This document shows, piece after piece, positions 25,664-34,175 of a stretch of DNA of 64,000 nucleotides. The stretch comes from an uncultured virus (IMG/VR IMGVR_UViG_3300009684_000026). Its lineage: Duplodnaviria > Heunggongvirae > Uroviricota > Caudoviricetes. Under the pieces are notes generated by a model that was given only the letters and a program-made list of their open reading frames with translations, was not told where the DNA came from and did not search any database. Each line of letters opens with the position of its first letter. Position 1 is the first letter of the stretch. The stretch lies in IMG/VR virus record IMGVR_UViG_3300009684_000026. One strand, written 5' to 3'. Position numbers and translations under genes: made by a program.

Positions 25664-26151
25664 AGTTTGATTACCATAAAGCATATACAGAAGGCCATGG
25701 CTATAACGAAGAGGTAGCTAATCGTCTACGAGCCGAAGGTATTCGTTGCACTGTTCCAGAGTTAACCTTTGCACGCAACAGCGGCGAACGTCGTTATATG
25801 ACACGTACAGAGAAAGACATTATCTGTGACGATCTAGAATTGGTATTAGAGGTTAAAAGTCGTTCGCTTAAATTTACCGGCGTAATAAAGAAGTTTCCTG
25901 ATTGGGATATCATCGTTGATACCGTATCTGGATTTGATCAAAAGGAGATCAAGCCCTATGCTTACATCATGATCTCACAGGTCACGAAAGAAATATTAGT
26001 TGTTCTAACGAAGACGCGATCTACATGGACAAAAGAAAAACGCTTTGATCCATTTAGAAAGCATTGGGACACCTTTTACAAATGTCAAAAAGATTACTTT
26101 ATAACTTGGGACGAATTCATCACCGATTTGAGGGGCAAAACACATGGGTAA
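25651..26151 (+). CDS. PD-(D/E)xK nuclease-like protein
   Basis: E...EKDII...LEVKSR motif. Confidence 0.6.
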   Translation: MESIEFDYHKAYTEGHGYNEEVANRLRAEGIRCTVPELTFARNSGERRYMTRTEKDIICDDLELVLEVKSRSLKFTGVIKKFPDWDIIVDTVSGFDQKEIKPYAYIMISQVTKEILVVLTKTRSTWTKEKRFDPFRKHWDTFYKCQKDYFITWDEFITDLRGKTHG

Positions 26152-26434
26152 AGAATCACCGCTATATGCAACACATATCCAAAAGGAAGACTTGACGTGG
26201 TACAACGAGGCGCACTGTTTGGGTTCTGATACCGAAGCGTTCTTTATTGACACCGATCACTTTAATTATTCGCCAGAGTTAAAGAAGATTTGTGGCAATT
26301 GTGTAGTGCAAGATAAGTGTTTAGATTTTGCTCTAAAGTACAATATGCTTGGCTATTGGGGCGGTACAACAGAGAAAGACCGTCGCCATATCAAAAAATA
26401 CTCGGCGCTTGAAAAAGCGGGTAGTCGGCGTTAA
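26144..26434 (+). CDS. whiB: WhiB-family transcription factor
   Basis: Four Cys (C...CGNC...C) and GYWGGTTEKDR. Confidence 0.9.
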   Translation: MGKESPLYATHIQKEDLTWYNEAHCLGSDTEAFFIDTDHFNYSPELKKICGNCVVQDKCLDFALKYNMLGYWGGTTEKDRRHIKKYSALEKAGSRR

Positions 26435-26805
26435 AGCCACTCACTAGCAAGATACTCAGATTCTTCCGCTCTAGCGTGTGTCCGTTCAACATGGCAGTTA
26501 GAACAGACCAGTTCACACTTGTCAATCTCCGTCTGTAGAGTTTTGATGGACACAGAGCTACGAGCAAGGTCAGCCACATTGTCTCGTTTGTCATCACTCA
26601 CGTGGTCAAATTGCATAACGTAAGGTGGATAAATGACGCCGCAATCCGCACAAGGCGTGTTGGCCTTAATGCTATTAACATACTCACGATTACGTTGACG
26701 AAGCAAACGATTATTAAGAGCCACTTTTTCCTTAACCGCTTCCGCGTTTTTGGCGTAGTGCCTCCTACCCGCTTCTAATCTTTGGCGTTTATCCTTATAC
26801 GGCAT
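26431..26805 (-). CDS. HNH endonuclease
   Basis: CADC, QFDHV, EIDKCELVCSNCH..RT. Confidence 0.85.
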   Translation of the reverse strand: MPYKDKRQRLEAGRRHYAKNAEAVKEKVALNNRLLRQRNREYVNSIKANTPCADCGVIYPPYVMQFDHVSDDKRDNVADLARSSVSIKTLQTEIDKCELVCSNCHVERTHARAEESEYLASEWL

Positions 26806-26828
26806 AGAACACACTTTACACTATGAAC

Positions 26829-26951
26829 ATGCCCACATGCATAAAATGCGACCACGATATTGACTATGGTGTATGCACCGTAGATACATGCAAATGCATA
26901 TGCACATCATATGAGCTTGAGAGGGGCATACAAGATGACATTGAAAAGTAA
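26829..26951 (+). CDS. 40-aa Cys-rich peptide
   Basis: MPTCIKCDH...CTVDTCKCIC; TACACT 6 nt before ATG. Confidence 0.55.
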   Translation: MPTCIKCDHDIDYGVCTVDTCKCICTSYELERGIQDDIEK

Positions 26952-27219
26952 AGCCAAAAAAGTTTACGGCCCGTATAAGGATAAGAGCAAAGGCGGTCGT
27001 GAAAAGACTGTTATCTATGACCCTAAGACTCAGAGAACATCTAGCACTAATACCGCCCGTTACAAAAAAGAAAAAGAATTAGGTCGTTCGTTGCCCAAAA
27101 ACGCCGATGTAGACCATAAAGATAATAATAAAAAACATAACGGCATAAAGAACTTACAAGTAATTAGCCACTCTAAGAATGTCGCCAAAGGAAACCAACA
27201 CAGAAAGAAGAAAACATGA
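26935..27219 (+). CDS. HNH-like protein
   Basis: VDHKDNNKKHNGIKNLQVISHSKN. Confidence 0.75.
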   Translation: MTLKSKAKKVYGPYKDKSKGGREKTVIYDPKTQRTSSTNTARYKKEKELGRSLPKNADVDHKDNNKKHNGIKNLQVISHSKNVAKGNQHRKKKT

Positions 27220-27773
27220 CGCTAGGAAATGTAGGAAACCCAATCCCACCCGTTACCACGCATAAGCCAGGAACCGCTGGACGTATGCTAGAAATTGCTC
27301 GTTCACAGGTTGGAGTCATTGAAGGACCAAAAGATAACGAAACAATCTATGGTGCATTCACAAAAGCTAATTTCCAGCCATGGTGCGGAAGTTTCTTGAT
27401 GTGGTGTGCGGATAATGCAAAAGTCAAGCTACCAAGCGTAGTCTACACCCCATCCGGTGCTGCAGCGTTTAAGTCACTAAAGAAGTGGACTGATGCCGCC
27501 AATGCTCAACCAAAGCCTGGTGACATTGTTTTCTTCCATTTTGCAGCTGCAGCTAAGCCTACTGATTTGATTCAGCATGTGGGGATTGTGGTCAAAGATA
27601 ATGGCGATGGCACCATCGTAACGGTGGAAGGCAATACCTCACCTGACCATAAGCCCGCTGGTAGCCAAGATAACGGCGGAGAATGCGCTATGAAGGTCCG
27701 TGGCTATAAGGTGGGTAACTCACGTAGCCTATGGGCTTCTGTGGTCGGATTTGGGCATCCAGACTACATTTAA
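27216..27773 (+). CDS. CHAP-domain peptidoglycan hydrolase (endolysin)
   Basis: PWCGSF, PGDIVFF, HVGIV, TVEGNT. Confidence 0.85.
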   Translation: MTLGNVGNPIPPVTTHKPGTAGRMLEIARSQVGVIEGPKDNETIYGAFTKANFQPWCGSFLMWCADNAKVKLPSVVYTPSGAAAFKSLKKWTDAANAQPKPGDIVFFHFAAAAKPTDLIQHVGIVVKDNGDGTIVTVEGNTSPDHKPAGSQDNGGECAMKVRGYKVGNSRSLWASVVGFGHPDYI

Positions 27774-27786
27774 GCCTCGTACACTC

Positions 27787-27820
27787 AAAGCCCCCCTACC
27801 TGCTAGACTAGGGGGGCTTT
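27787..27820 (+). terminator. Intrinsic terminator-like hairpin
   Basis: AAAGCCCCCCTA/TAGGGGGGCTTT. Confidence 0.65.
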
Positions 27821-27838
27821 CCAATACCAGGAGGATAG

Positions 27839-28387
27839 ATGACAACCATTGTTGGTGTGCAGTACGCGGACAAAGTTGTCATAGCTACAGATAACCAAGT
27901 CACCGATGGCGAAGGCCGTCGCTTTAACCACCCCGATTTAAAAAAGGTGGTTGAAAAAGGCCCATACCTCATTGCTGGTAGCGGAGAAGTGCACCCATGC
28001 GATGTTGCTCAGGTAATTTGGCAACCCCCTAGGTTGACTGCAAAAGATAAGGCAGACCTGTATAAGTTCATGGTCGTTAAAGTCTTGCCTTCGTTGCGGA
28101 CTTGTTTAACAGAGAACGGTTTTGATTTTAGCGAAGGCAAAGGGGATTCCAAGTCTGTTGAGCAACGGTTTCATTTTTTAATTGCGGTGGGTGGAGAACT
28201 ATTTGACATTGGCGATGATTTTTCTATTTGCCGAAGTAATGATGGTTGGTATGCCATAGGTTCTGGAGCTGGATACGCGCTAGGAGCACTGGCTATGGGA
28301 GCAACCCCTCAAGAAGCCGTTGAAGCGTCATGCAAGTTTAGCGTGTACTCATCCGGTCCCGTGATTACTTTGGAGCAGTCCCGATAA
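27839..28387 (+). CDS. HslV/proteasome-beta-like Ntn threonine peptidase
   Basis: MTTIVG, ATDNQVT, K, AGSG, AIGSGAGYALGAL. Confidence 0.85.
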   Translation: MTTIVGVQYADKVVIATDNQVTDGEGRRFNHPDLKKVVEKGPYLIAGSGEVHPCDVAQVIWQPPRLTAKDKADLYKFMVVKVLPSLRTCLTENGFDFSEGKGDSKSVEQRFHFLIAVGGELFDIGDDFSICRSNDGWYAIGSGAGYALGALAMGATPQEAVEASCKFSVYSSGPVITLEQSR

Positions 28388-28404
28388 TCTGTTAAGGTAA
28401 CAAT

Positions 28405-28719
28405 ATGGATCAAATACATTACGAATCAAAGTCGCAAAAAAAGCGCGTAGAGAAACAACTAGAAGCAGAGTCGTTTCTAAAAACAAAAAAAGAACAAGAC
28501 GTGTTAACACGTTGGGAACAATCCCAAATTACAGCTGCAGGATGGCAATCAGTATTGGACCATGCTGTGGGCTTGTACAATGAACATAAGGAAGAGTTAG
28601 AAGAAGAAGTGGTTACGAAAACAGAGCAAATGATTGAAGAACGTCAAAGTGAGATTAAAAACTTTTTGATGAAAGAAAAAGACTTGTATTTAGCAGCTAT
28701 GGAAGTCATGGCTGATTGA
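28405..28719 (+). CDS. Hypothetical coiled-coil protein
   Basis: 104-aa ORF; TAAGGT 6 nt before ATG. Confidence 0.7.
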   Translation: MDQIHYESKSQKKRVEKQLEAESFLKTKKEQDVLTRWEQSQITAAGWQSVLDHAVGLYNEHKEELEEEVVTKTEQMIEERQSEIKNFLMKEKDLYLAAMEVMAD

Positions 28720-28754
28720 TAATAGGGCAGGGCAATACCAACCGAGGGGTTGAA

Positions 28755-29027
28755 ATGAAAGACAATTTAAAAGTGTTTGGAAATGTTCTACTACGAATCG
28801 TTGCCGTATTTACAGCCAGTGGTCTTACCGTTATTGGTGCTGGAGCAATCGCTGGTATTTCTACACTTAAAGCTATCTTTGTTGTTGGCCTTACAGCCGT
28901 AGCTGCAGTAACCGAGCGATTAGCACGCGATTTCATTAACGATGGAAAACTTACGTCTGACGAGATAAACGAAGCATTTGTTCCGTTTGAAGCGCCCAAA
29001 AATGCAAAAAATGAAGGGGTTAACTAA
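28755..29027 (+). CDS. Holin-like membrane protein
   Basis: Two hydrophobic segments; DGKLTSDEINEAF tail. Confidence 0.6.
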   Translation: MKDNLKVFGNVLLRIVAVFTASGLTVIGAGAIAGISTLKAIFVVGLTAVAAVTERLARDFINDGKLTSDEINEAFVPFEAPKNAKNEGVN

Positions 29028-29200
29028 TCGCCGGTTTTGTAAAATCCGGAACCTTTAAACTGTAAGCCAAAAGAACTAAACACACGGGTAAGCGAGTACC
29101 CACAGGTATCACACTGGTACCGTGGTTCTTCCTCGTGGATGCTACGTTCCTTCTCGTAATCCTTGTCACAGTTCATACAGGCATATTCGTACTTTGGCAT
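29024..29200 (-). CDS. FmdB-family Zn-ribbon protein
   Basis: MPKYEYACMNC...CDTCG...FKGSGFYKT. Confidence 0.85.
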   Translation of the reverse strand: MPKYEYACMNCDKDYEKERSIHEEEPRYQCDTCGYSLTRVFSSFGLQFKGSGFYKTGD

Positions 29201-29233
29201 GGAGAGCATCTTACACGAGAGTAGACTAAAGGC

Positions 29234-29401
29234 ATGATATCTCAACCTCAATTTGGCTCTAATGCTATGACGCAAAATAAGCAGGCTATGCCTGAAACAC
29301 AGCACTTTGACGGACCCGCAGGTATAAACACTCCAGGTGGAGAAAATAAATTTGCAGCAAACTCAAATATGGCAATTGCAAAACCTGGGTTTGAAAGTTG
29401 A
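29234..29401 (+). CDS. Hypothetical protein (55 aa) starting MISQPQF
   Basis: TAGACT 6 nt before ATG; TTGA overlap with the next gene. Confidence 0.55.
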   Translation: MISQPQFGSNAMTQNKQAMPETQHFDGPAGINTPGGENKFAANSNMAIAKPGFES

Positions 29402-29601
29402 TAACTGATAAAGCTCTTTCAGAAGAATTAACGGCTCAAGACAGGTGTGATCGGTGCAGCGCACGTGCGATGGTTCGTGCCAAATTTTTAAATGGTGAGC
29501 TGTTGTTTTGTGGTCATCACGCTCGTGAAATTGGGTTTACCTTAGTTTCAAAGTCTGTGCAATTATATGATCCAGAGGGTTTGTTAGTTTATGCAGACTA
29601 G
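29398..29601 (+). CDS. Small actinobacterial-type Zn-binding protein
   Basis: DRCDRC...LLFCGHH. Confidence 0.75.
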   Translation: MITDKALSEELTAQDRCDRCSARAMVRAKFLNGELLFCGHHAREIGFTLVSKSVQLYDPEGLLVYAD

Positions 29602-29740
29602 TAACCCATTAACCATGGTTGATTACTACAAACTATGGCAACCGATATCGGGAGAACAGTTTGGTGGTTTGGGTATGTATGGCGGAGTTAAACAGGATGT
29701 AGGCAAATATGATAGAGGAAATTTAAATGAGCAATCTTAG
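29591..29740 (+). CDS. Hypothetical protein (49 aa)
   Basis: Fills the gap between overlapping neighbours; contains ISGEQFGG. Confidence 0.45.
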   Translation: MQTSNPLTMVDYYKLWQPISGEQFGGLGMYGGVKQDVGKYDRGNLNEQS

Positions 29741-30047
29741 CCATCAATTTGACGGAATGGCTGATGTCTACGAAGATCAACAAAGACGACGTTATGCACG
29801 CAAAAAAGGTGTTCCAGGATTTATTGGGAATGGATACTGGCTTGGGTCATACCCCTTCATGATGGGCGCGTATGGTGCGGGGTCTTTAACCCAGACGCAA
29901 TCAGAGCAATATGAAAACCCTGTTCAGGAACTTGGGGAAAACATGGGACAAGGTGCTGAAAGCGCTGAAGGAACAGCAGGAACTTCTACCGGCATGGGTG
30001 AAGGCGGTACAGCGGCAACAGGTAATGCAGGAGGTGGAATGCCATGA
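29727..30047 (+). CDS. Gly-rich hypothetical protein starting MSNLSHQFDG
   Basis: GAGGA SD. Confidence 0.7.
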   Translation: MSNLSHQFDGMADVYEDQQRRRYARKKGVPGFIGNGYWLGSYPFMMGAYGAGSLTQTQSEQYENPVQELGENMGQGAESAEGTAGTSTGMGEGGTAATGNAGGGMP

Positions 30048-30256
30048 GCAAACAGTTAAATCGTAAAGTATTAAAGGTTAATAATCGTTCTGGTGTAAAT
30101 CAAGTATTTAAGTATGTAGAGCCAACATTAAAATCGGTAGCAAATCCATCAATTCTTTCTTGGGCTAGTCGCGGAAAAGGTGTTGAAGGTGAATCAACTA
30201 ATGCACAAGATTTGGGGTCCAAACAAATAATAAATAAACGCAGAAAACCAATGTAG
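30044..30256 (+). CDS. Basic hypothetical protein
   Basis: 70-aa ORF, ATGA overlap. Confidence 0.65.
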   Translation: MSKQLNRKVLKVNNRSGVNQVFKYVEPTLKSVANPSILSWASRGKGVEGESTNAQDLGSKQIINKRRKPM

Positions 30257-30304
30257 TTTCTGCTTTAATAGGTCTGAAAAGTATTTCCCTTTTTAAGGAG
30301 AGTC

Positions 30305-30499
30305 ATGAACACAAAAGCGTTACAGGCAATCGCAGCATCATATGCTCGTACAGCAGTTTCAGCAGGACTTGGAATGTATCTTGCAGGACATACCGATCTT
30401 AAGTCAATTGGAATGGCAGCAGTAGGAGCAGTAGCAGGACCGTTGTTCCGTACACTAAACCCAAACGACACATCGTTTGGTATTGGCGCTACTAAGTAA
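30305..30499 (+). CDS. Small holin-like membrane protein
   Basis: Two short hydrophobic helices; LNPNDTSFG; AAGGAG SD. Confidence 0.6.
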   Translation: MNTKALQAIAASYARTAVSAGLGMYLAGHTDLKSIGMAAVGAVAGPLFRTLNPNDTSFGIGATK

Positions 30500-30518
30500 T
30501 TAACTAGGAGTATTACCA

Positions 30519-30896
30519 GTGACAATGTTATTTACAACTTTAGGCATTGTCACTGGTGCTCTTATTGGATTGGGGGCCCTCTTGAACCCTATTCGTAAAA
30601 GACTACAGAGGTTCATGCGATGGATGGACCAATTCATGAGGGACTGGGAAGGTGAAGAATCCGCTCCAGGAAGAGATCGTGTTCCAGGAGTGATGGAACG
30701 GTTGAATAAACTTGATGGAGAATTAAGCAATAATGGCGGTAAATCTACCAAAGACGTTGTAGATAAACTATTTTACAATCAAAGCCAAGTAATTGAAACC
30801 CAAGAAAAAATGTTTGAAGCTTTTGTAGAAATGGGCGAACGTCTTTTAGCTATTGAAAATTGTTTGACAAATAACAAGATTTCTGCAGACAAGTAA
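30519..30896 (+). CDS. Membrane-anchored hypothetical protein
   Basis: N-terminal TM helix; NNGGKSTKD. Confidence 0.7.
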   Translation: MTMLFTTLGIVTGALIGLGALLNPIRKRLQRFMRWMDQFMRDWEGEESAPGRDRVPGVMERLNKLDGELSNNGGKSTKDVVDKLFYNQSQVIETQEKMFEAFVEMGERLLAIENCLTNNKISADK

Positions 30897-30910
30897 GGGA
30901 CCATTGCATC

Positions 30911-31480
30911 ATGTCACTTTCTAACATCTCTAAGCATAGTATTTCACCAAGTTCTACCGGTAATGGTTCTATAGTACGAGCTTTGGGGTCATCTCTAGGA
31001 CGCCTGGTTACTGCCGTGGATACAATGCACTCGGTTGCCAATCACGGACGTATGCAACAAAATTTAGAAGAGGCACTGGAGTTAAATGCACAGCACCATC
31101 AGGCAGTGATGGACGCAGTACAGCAAGAACATTTGGCAGGGCTAGAAGCAGCAAAGCAAACACACGCAAATTATTTAGCGGAGTTAACCGCTGCACACAA
31201 AAATTCTTTAGAGAAATCCCAAACTGAACATACGTCTTCAGAAGGGGCAGCCAACAGTGAACATGCTCGTCGTTTAGAGTTGTTGCAAGGAATTCATGAA
31301 AGCGCAAAACCTGGAACTAAAGTAGATATAAGCCATAAAGATTTTAACGTAAGCTACACTAAATCCCATCCAAACTCAGAACAACAAGAAGAACCCGAAG
31401 AAACGTCAGCAGAAGGAGAACCAACTGTTGTTCGTGATCCAAAAACTGGACGAGCTACATCTCTTAAAAACAAAAAGTAA
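30911..31480 (+). CDS. His-rich coiled-coil hypothetical protein
   Basis: 189-aa ORF; C-terminal RDPKTGR. Confidence 0.7.
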   Translation: MSLSNISKHSISPSSTGNGSIVRALGSSLGRLVTAVDTMHSVANHGRMQQNLEEALELNAQHHQAVMDAVQQEHLAGLEAAKQTHANYLAELTAAHKNSLEKSQTEHTSSEGAANSEHARRLELLQGIHESAKPGTKVDISHKDFNVSYTKSHPNSEQQEEPEETSAEGEPTVVRDPKTGRATSLKNKK

Positions 31481-31490
31481 GGATTAACAA

Positions 31491-31835
31491 ATGAAATGTG
31501 CTAATTGCAATAACGATGCTTATTACATCTACAGAATTACTGACCAAATTTTTACGCCTTATTGCGAAAAAGACCTTCCTAAGTTCTTGGACTCTCGCCG
31601 TAAAGCTGGGCTTTTAGAGACCACAGCTACATACCAGAGCATCATATCTTCAGAGCCGGAAGCAACCACTACTGAGGTTACTGAAGAACCAACTACAGAA
31701 GCTCCAGTTGTAGACGAACCGGTTATTGAAGAGCCAATTGTAGAAGAGCCAGTAGTTGAAGAGCCAGTTACAGAAGCTCCAGTTACAGAAGAAACAAAAC
31801 CAGTAAAGAAAACTGCAAAATCTAAAGAAGATTAA
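31491..31835 (+). CDS. Protein with N-terminal Cys motif and acidic (E/A)P(V/I)xE repeats
   Basis: CANC...YC; 15-bp repeats encode EPVVE-like units. Confidence 0.75.
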   Translation: MKCANCNNDAYYIYRITDQIFTPYCEKDLPKFLDSRRKAGLLETTATYQSIISSEPEATTTEVTEEPTTEAPVVDEPVIEEPIVEEPVVEEPVTEAPVTEETKPVKKTAKSKED

Positions 31836-32069
31836 ATGCCATTAATTCGCAAATTTGCGGTACAAGGCCATGCAGTGCCCGCTACAGCACACAGTCCTAG
31901 AGGGCCGTTTCCACCAGAAATTCTAGAGCAACCTAGAATGCAAGACAGTGATTACCAATCGGACTCATTACATGCCGGGTTAGATGATGTCCGTTTCTTT
32001 AAATGTAAAGACTGTGACGAAATCATGTTAGAGGCAGAGCTAGATACCCACGAGTGTGACGACGAATAA
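31836..32069 (+). CDS. Hypothetical protein with a C-terminal Zn finger
   Basis: CKDC...HEC. Confidence 0.7.
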   Translation: MPLIRKFAVQGHAVPATAHSPRGPFPPEILEQPRMQDSDYQSDSLHAGLDDVRFFKCKDCDEIMLEAELDTHECDDE

Positions 32070-32161
32070 ACACTGACATTATTTAAGAAGTCTTGGATAC
32101 TGTACTTAAGGTTCTCCTAAGCGCATGGAGAAATTAACCCCTCTATAGAGAAAGAAGAAAA

Positions 32162-32833
32162 ATGGCTACAAATAACAACGGAAATCTTTTAGACACTGCA
32201 GGCAACATTGCAGTTGATTTCGTATGGGGAAACTTCCCTATGCAACCAAACGACGTTCGTCCAAATACACTGGCAGAACGATTAGACCCAGCTCTAGATA
32301 ACCACATCATCGCTCTTTCAGGATGGAATGGCTATCCTCAGTACTTACCAAATACAACAGGCGAAGATGTAGCAGGACCAACTGACTACGTACTCGTACC
32401 TGAAGTTCGTGGTCTTACAACAGCACTTGCAGTTGACGCAATGAAGGATGCTTCATTGACAGTTACAACTGCATCAGGAGCAACTAACACTGCTACACAA
32501 CCAACTCAAGTTAATGTCAACACATCTACCGTCGCAACAATCACTGTTGCTGGTGGAACAAGCACATGGCCTGTAGGTACTAAGGTCACTATTGCTGCAG
32601 GAACAGGTATCCCAGCAGCAGTTGTTGGTACTTGGACTGTAACTGGTGGTTCAGGAAGTTCACTTGTTATTGCAGGTTCAGGATTCACAGTTGCAGACTC
32701 AGGTGCAATTACTCCTGGAACACGTCTAACAGGCGCAGCAGGAACAATCAAAACTCAATCTATTGCAGCAGGTGCAAACTCAATCGCACCAGCAGCAGCA
32801 GTGACAATCACTCCTTGGGCAGTAGCGTCCTAG
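32162..32833 (+). CDS. Protein with a split PASTA-like domain
   Basis: VPEVRGLTTALAVDAMKDASL ... GTIKTQSIAAG...AVTI flank a Thr/Gly-rich beta insert. Confidence 0.55.
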   Translation: MATNNNGNLLDTAGNIAVDFVWGNFPMQPNDVRPNTLAERLDPALDNHIIALSGWNGYPQYLPNTTGEDVAGPTDYVLVPEVRGLTTALAVDAMKDASLTVTTASGATNTATQPTQVNVNTSTVATITVAGGTSTWPVGTKVTIAAGTGIPAAVVGTWTVTGGSGSSLVIAGSGFTVADSGAITPGTRLTGAAGTIKTQSIAAGANSIAPAAAVTITPWAVAS

Positions 32834-32838
32834 TCTAA

Positions 32839-33615
32839 ATGGCACGAGTTACAGGCGGAGCAGCCCGGAATACACGCCGGGTTACTCCGTCTGCTCAAGA
32901 GCTTTTAAACTCTCTTGGTAAACAAGTTTTTGGTGACGATTTTCGTGGCGGTGTAACAGCGGCGTCTAAAGGTGAATTCAACCGGATTACTGACATCATG
33001 TACAACGACACACAGTCAATGGACTACTACAATCCAACTGAATACCAAAACCTTGCTGGAGTACCCATGTCTATGGACTCCATGTATAACTCTGCTGGAG
33101 GATACTCCAGTAGACCGTTTTACGAGGTCGTAGGACTAACTGGAGATTTAAAAGTACCCGGATACTCTGGTCCTCAATTAGATGAGGATGACTCCCCTGC
33201 AGACCTAACTGTAGTTCCAACATCCACAACAAATCCTAAAAGACCTCGTACAGTTGCAGCTGGTTATGACGAAGACGAAGAGAAACTGACAGTTGTATTT
33301 CGTGACGGAACTTTTTACAATTATTACGAAGTGGATGCCAACGAATGGAAAGCGTTCAAAGCTAACCGTTCTAAAGGCGCTATTATTTACCAAATGTTAG
33401 ATTTTAAACCTCGTGGACCGGCAGATGTATCCTCTCTGTCAAAAGCTGCACAACAAGCTTTTTATCGGTTTAGTCGTGGTTCTCAAATTGCTTCCAAAGG
33501 CGTTGTTGCTGGTCAGAAAAAAACTACGTATAAAACTTATGCACAAACAGCACGTGCAAAGAAAAAATCTGGTAAAAATCCCTCTAAAGGCGGAAAAAAC
33601 AACAAAGGAAAATAA
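32839..33615 (+). CDS. KTSC-domain protein
   Basis: AGYDEDEEKLTVVFRDGTFYNYYEV...WKAFKANRSKG. Confidence 0.75.
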   Translation: MARVTGGAARNTRRVTPSAQELLNSLGKQVFGDDFRGGVTAASKGEFNRITDIMYNDTQSMDYYNPTEYQNLAGVPMSMDSMYNSAGGYSSRPFYEVVGLTGDLKVPGYSGPQLDEDDSPADLTVVPTSTTNPKRPRTVAAGYDEDEEKLTVVFRDGTFYNYYEVDANEWKAFKANRSKGAIIYQMLDFKPRGPADVSSLSKAAQQAFYRFSRGSQIASKGVVAGQKKTTYKTYAQTARAKKKSGKNPSKGGKNNKGK

Positions 33616-34013
33616 TGCCAAAGGTACATAACATCGGACCAAAATACTTTATACAACTACTTGATTTGCCTGTTATTTGGGGAAATAAGATTATGGTACG
33701 TGGTTGGACTCAAGAAATTGAAGAGCCATTTAGAACTGCTAATCCCTTTTTAGTAAGACTACCAAAGTATAAAGCGGTAGCGTTCGGCAAATGGAATGGG
33801 TTTAAAACTGAAGAAGAAGCATTAAAATCGGCGCTAAACACACGGGAAGTAACATATGATGATTTTACGGAAGAAGCAGGATGGACCAGCCCCAACTCGG
33901 ATAGAGAAACGAGTAGCGAAGATAGCTACTCCAGACTTGATTCTTTGGATGGAACACTCAATGTACACGATTGGCAAACTCATTACAGAATGGCAAAAGA
34001 GTCCGAACAGTGA
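33615..34013 (+). CDS. Hypothetical protein
   Basis: 132-aa ORF, coupled. Confidence 0.65.
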   Translation: MPKVHNIGPKYFIQLLDLPVIWGNKIMVRGWTQEIEEPFRTANPFLVRLPKYKAVAFGKWNGFKTEEEALKSALNTREVTYDDFTEEAGWTSPNSDRETSSEDSYSRLDSLDGTLNVHDWQTHYRMAKESEQ

Positions 34014-34089
34014 CGCTTTATTGGACGAAGTTTTATTAGGAGCAGAAGCTTTTTACGCAATTGCAAAAGAACTTAAAAAACGTGCATAG
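33856..34089 (+). CDS. Hypothetical protein
   Basis: 77-aa helical ORF overlapping the upstream gene's tail. Confidence 0.55.
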   Translation: MMILRKKQDGPAPTRIEKRVAKIATPDLILWMEHSMYTIGKLITEWQKSPNSDALLDEVLLGAEAFYAIAKELKKRA

Positions 34090-34175
34090 TCTATGCTACG
34101 ATTTGCTTGCTTCACCTCTCTCCTGGTCTGGCGACGACCCACAGCAATGTGGGTCTAGTCAATTAAGGACACGCA

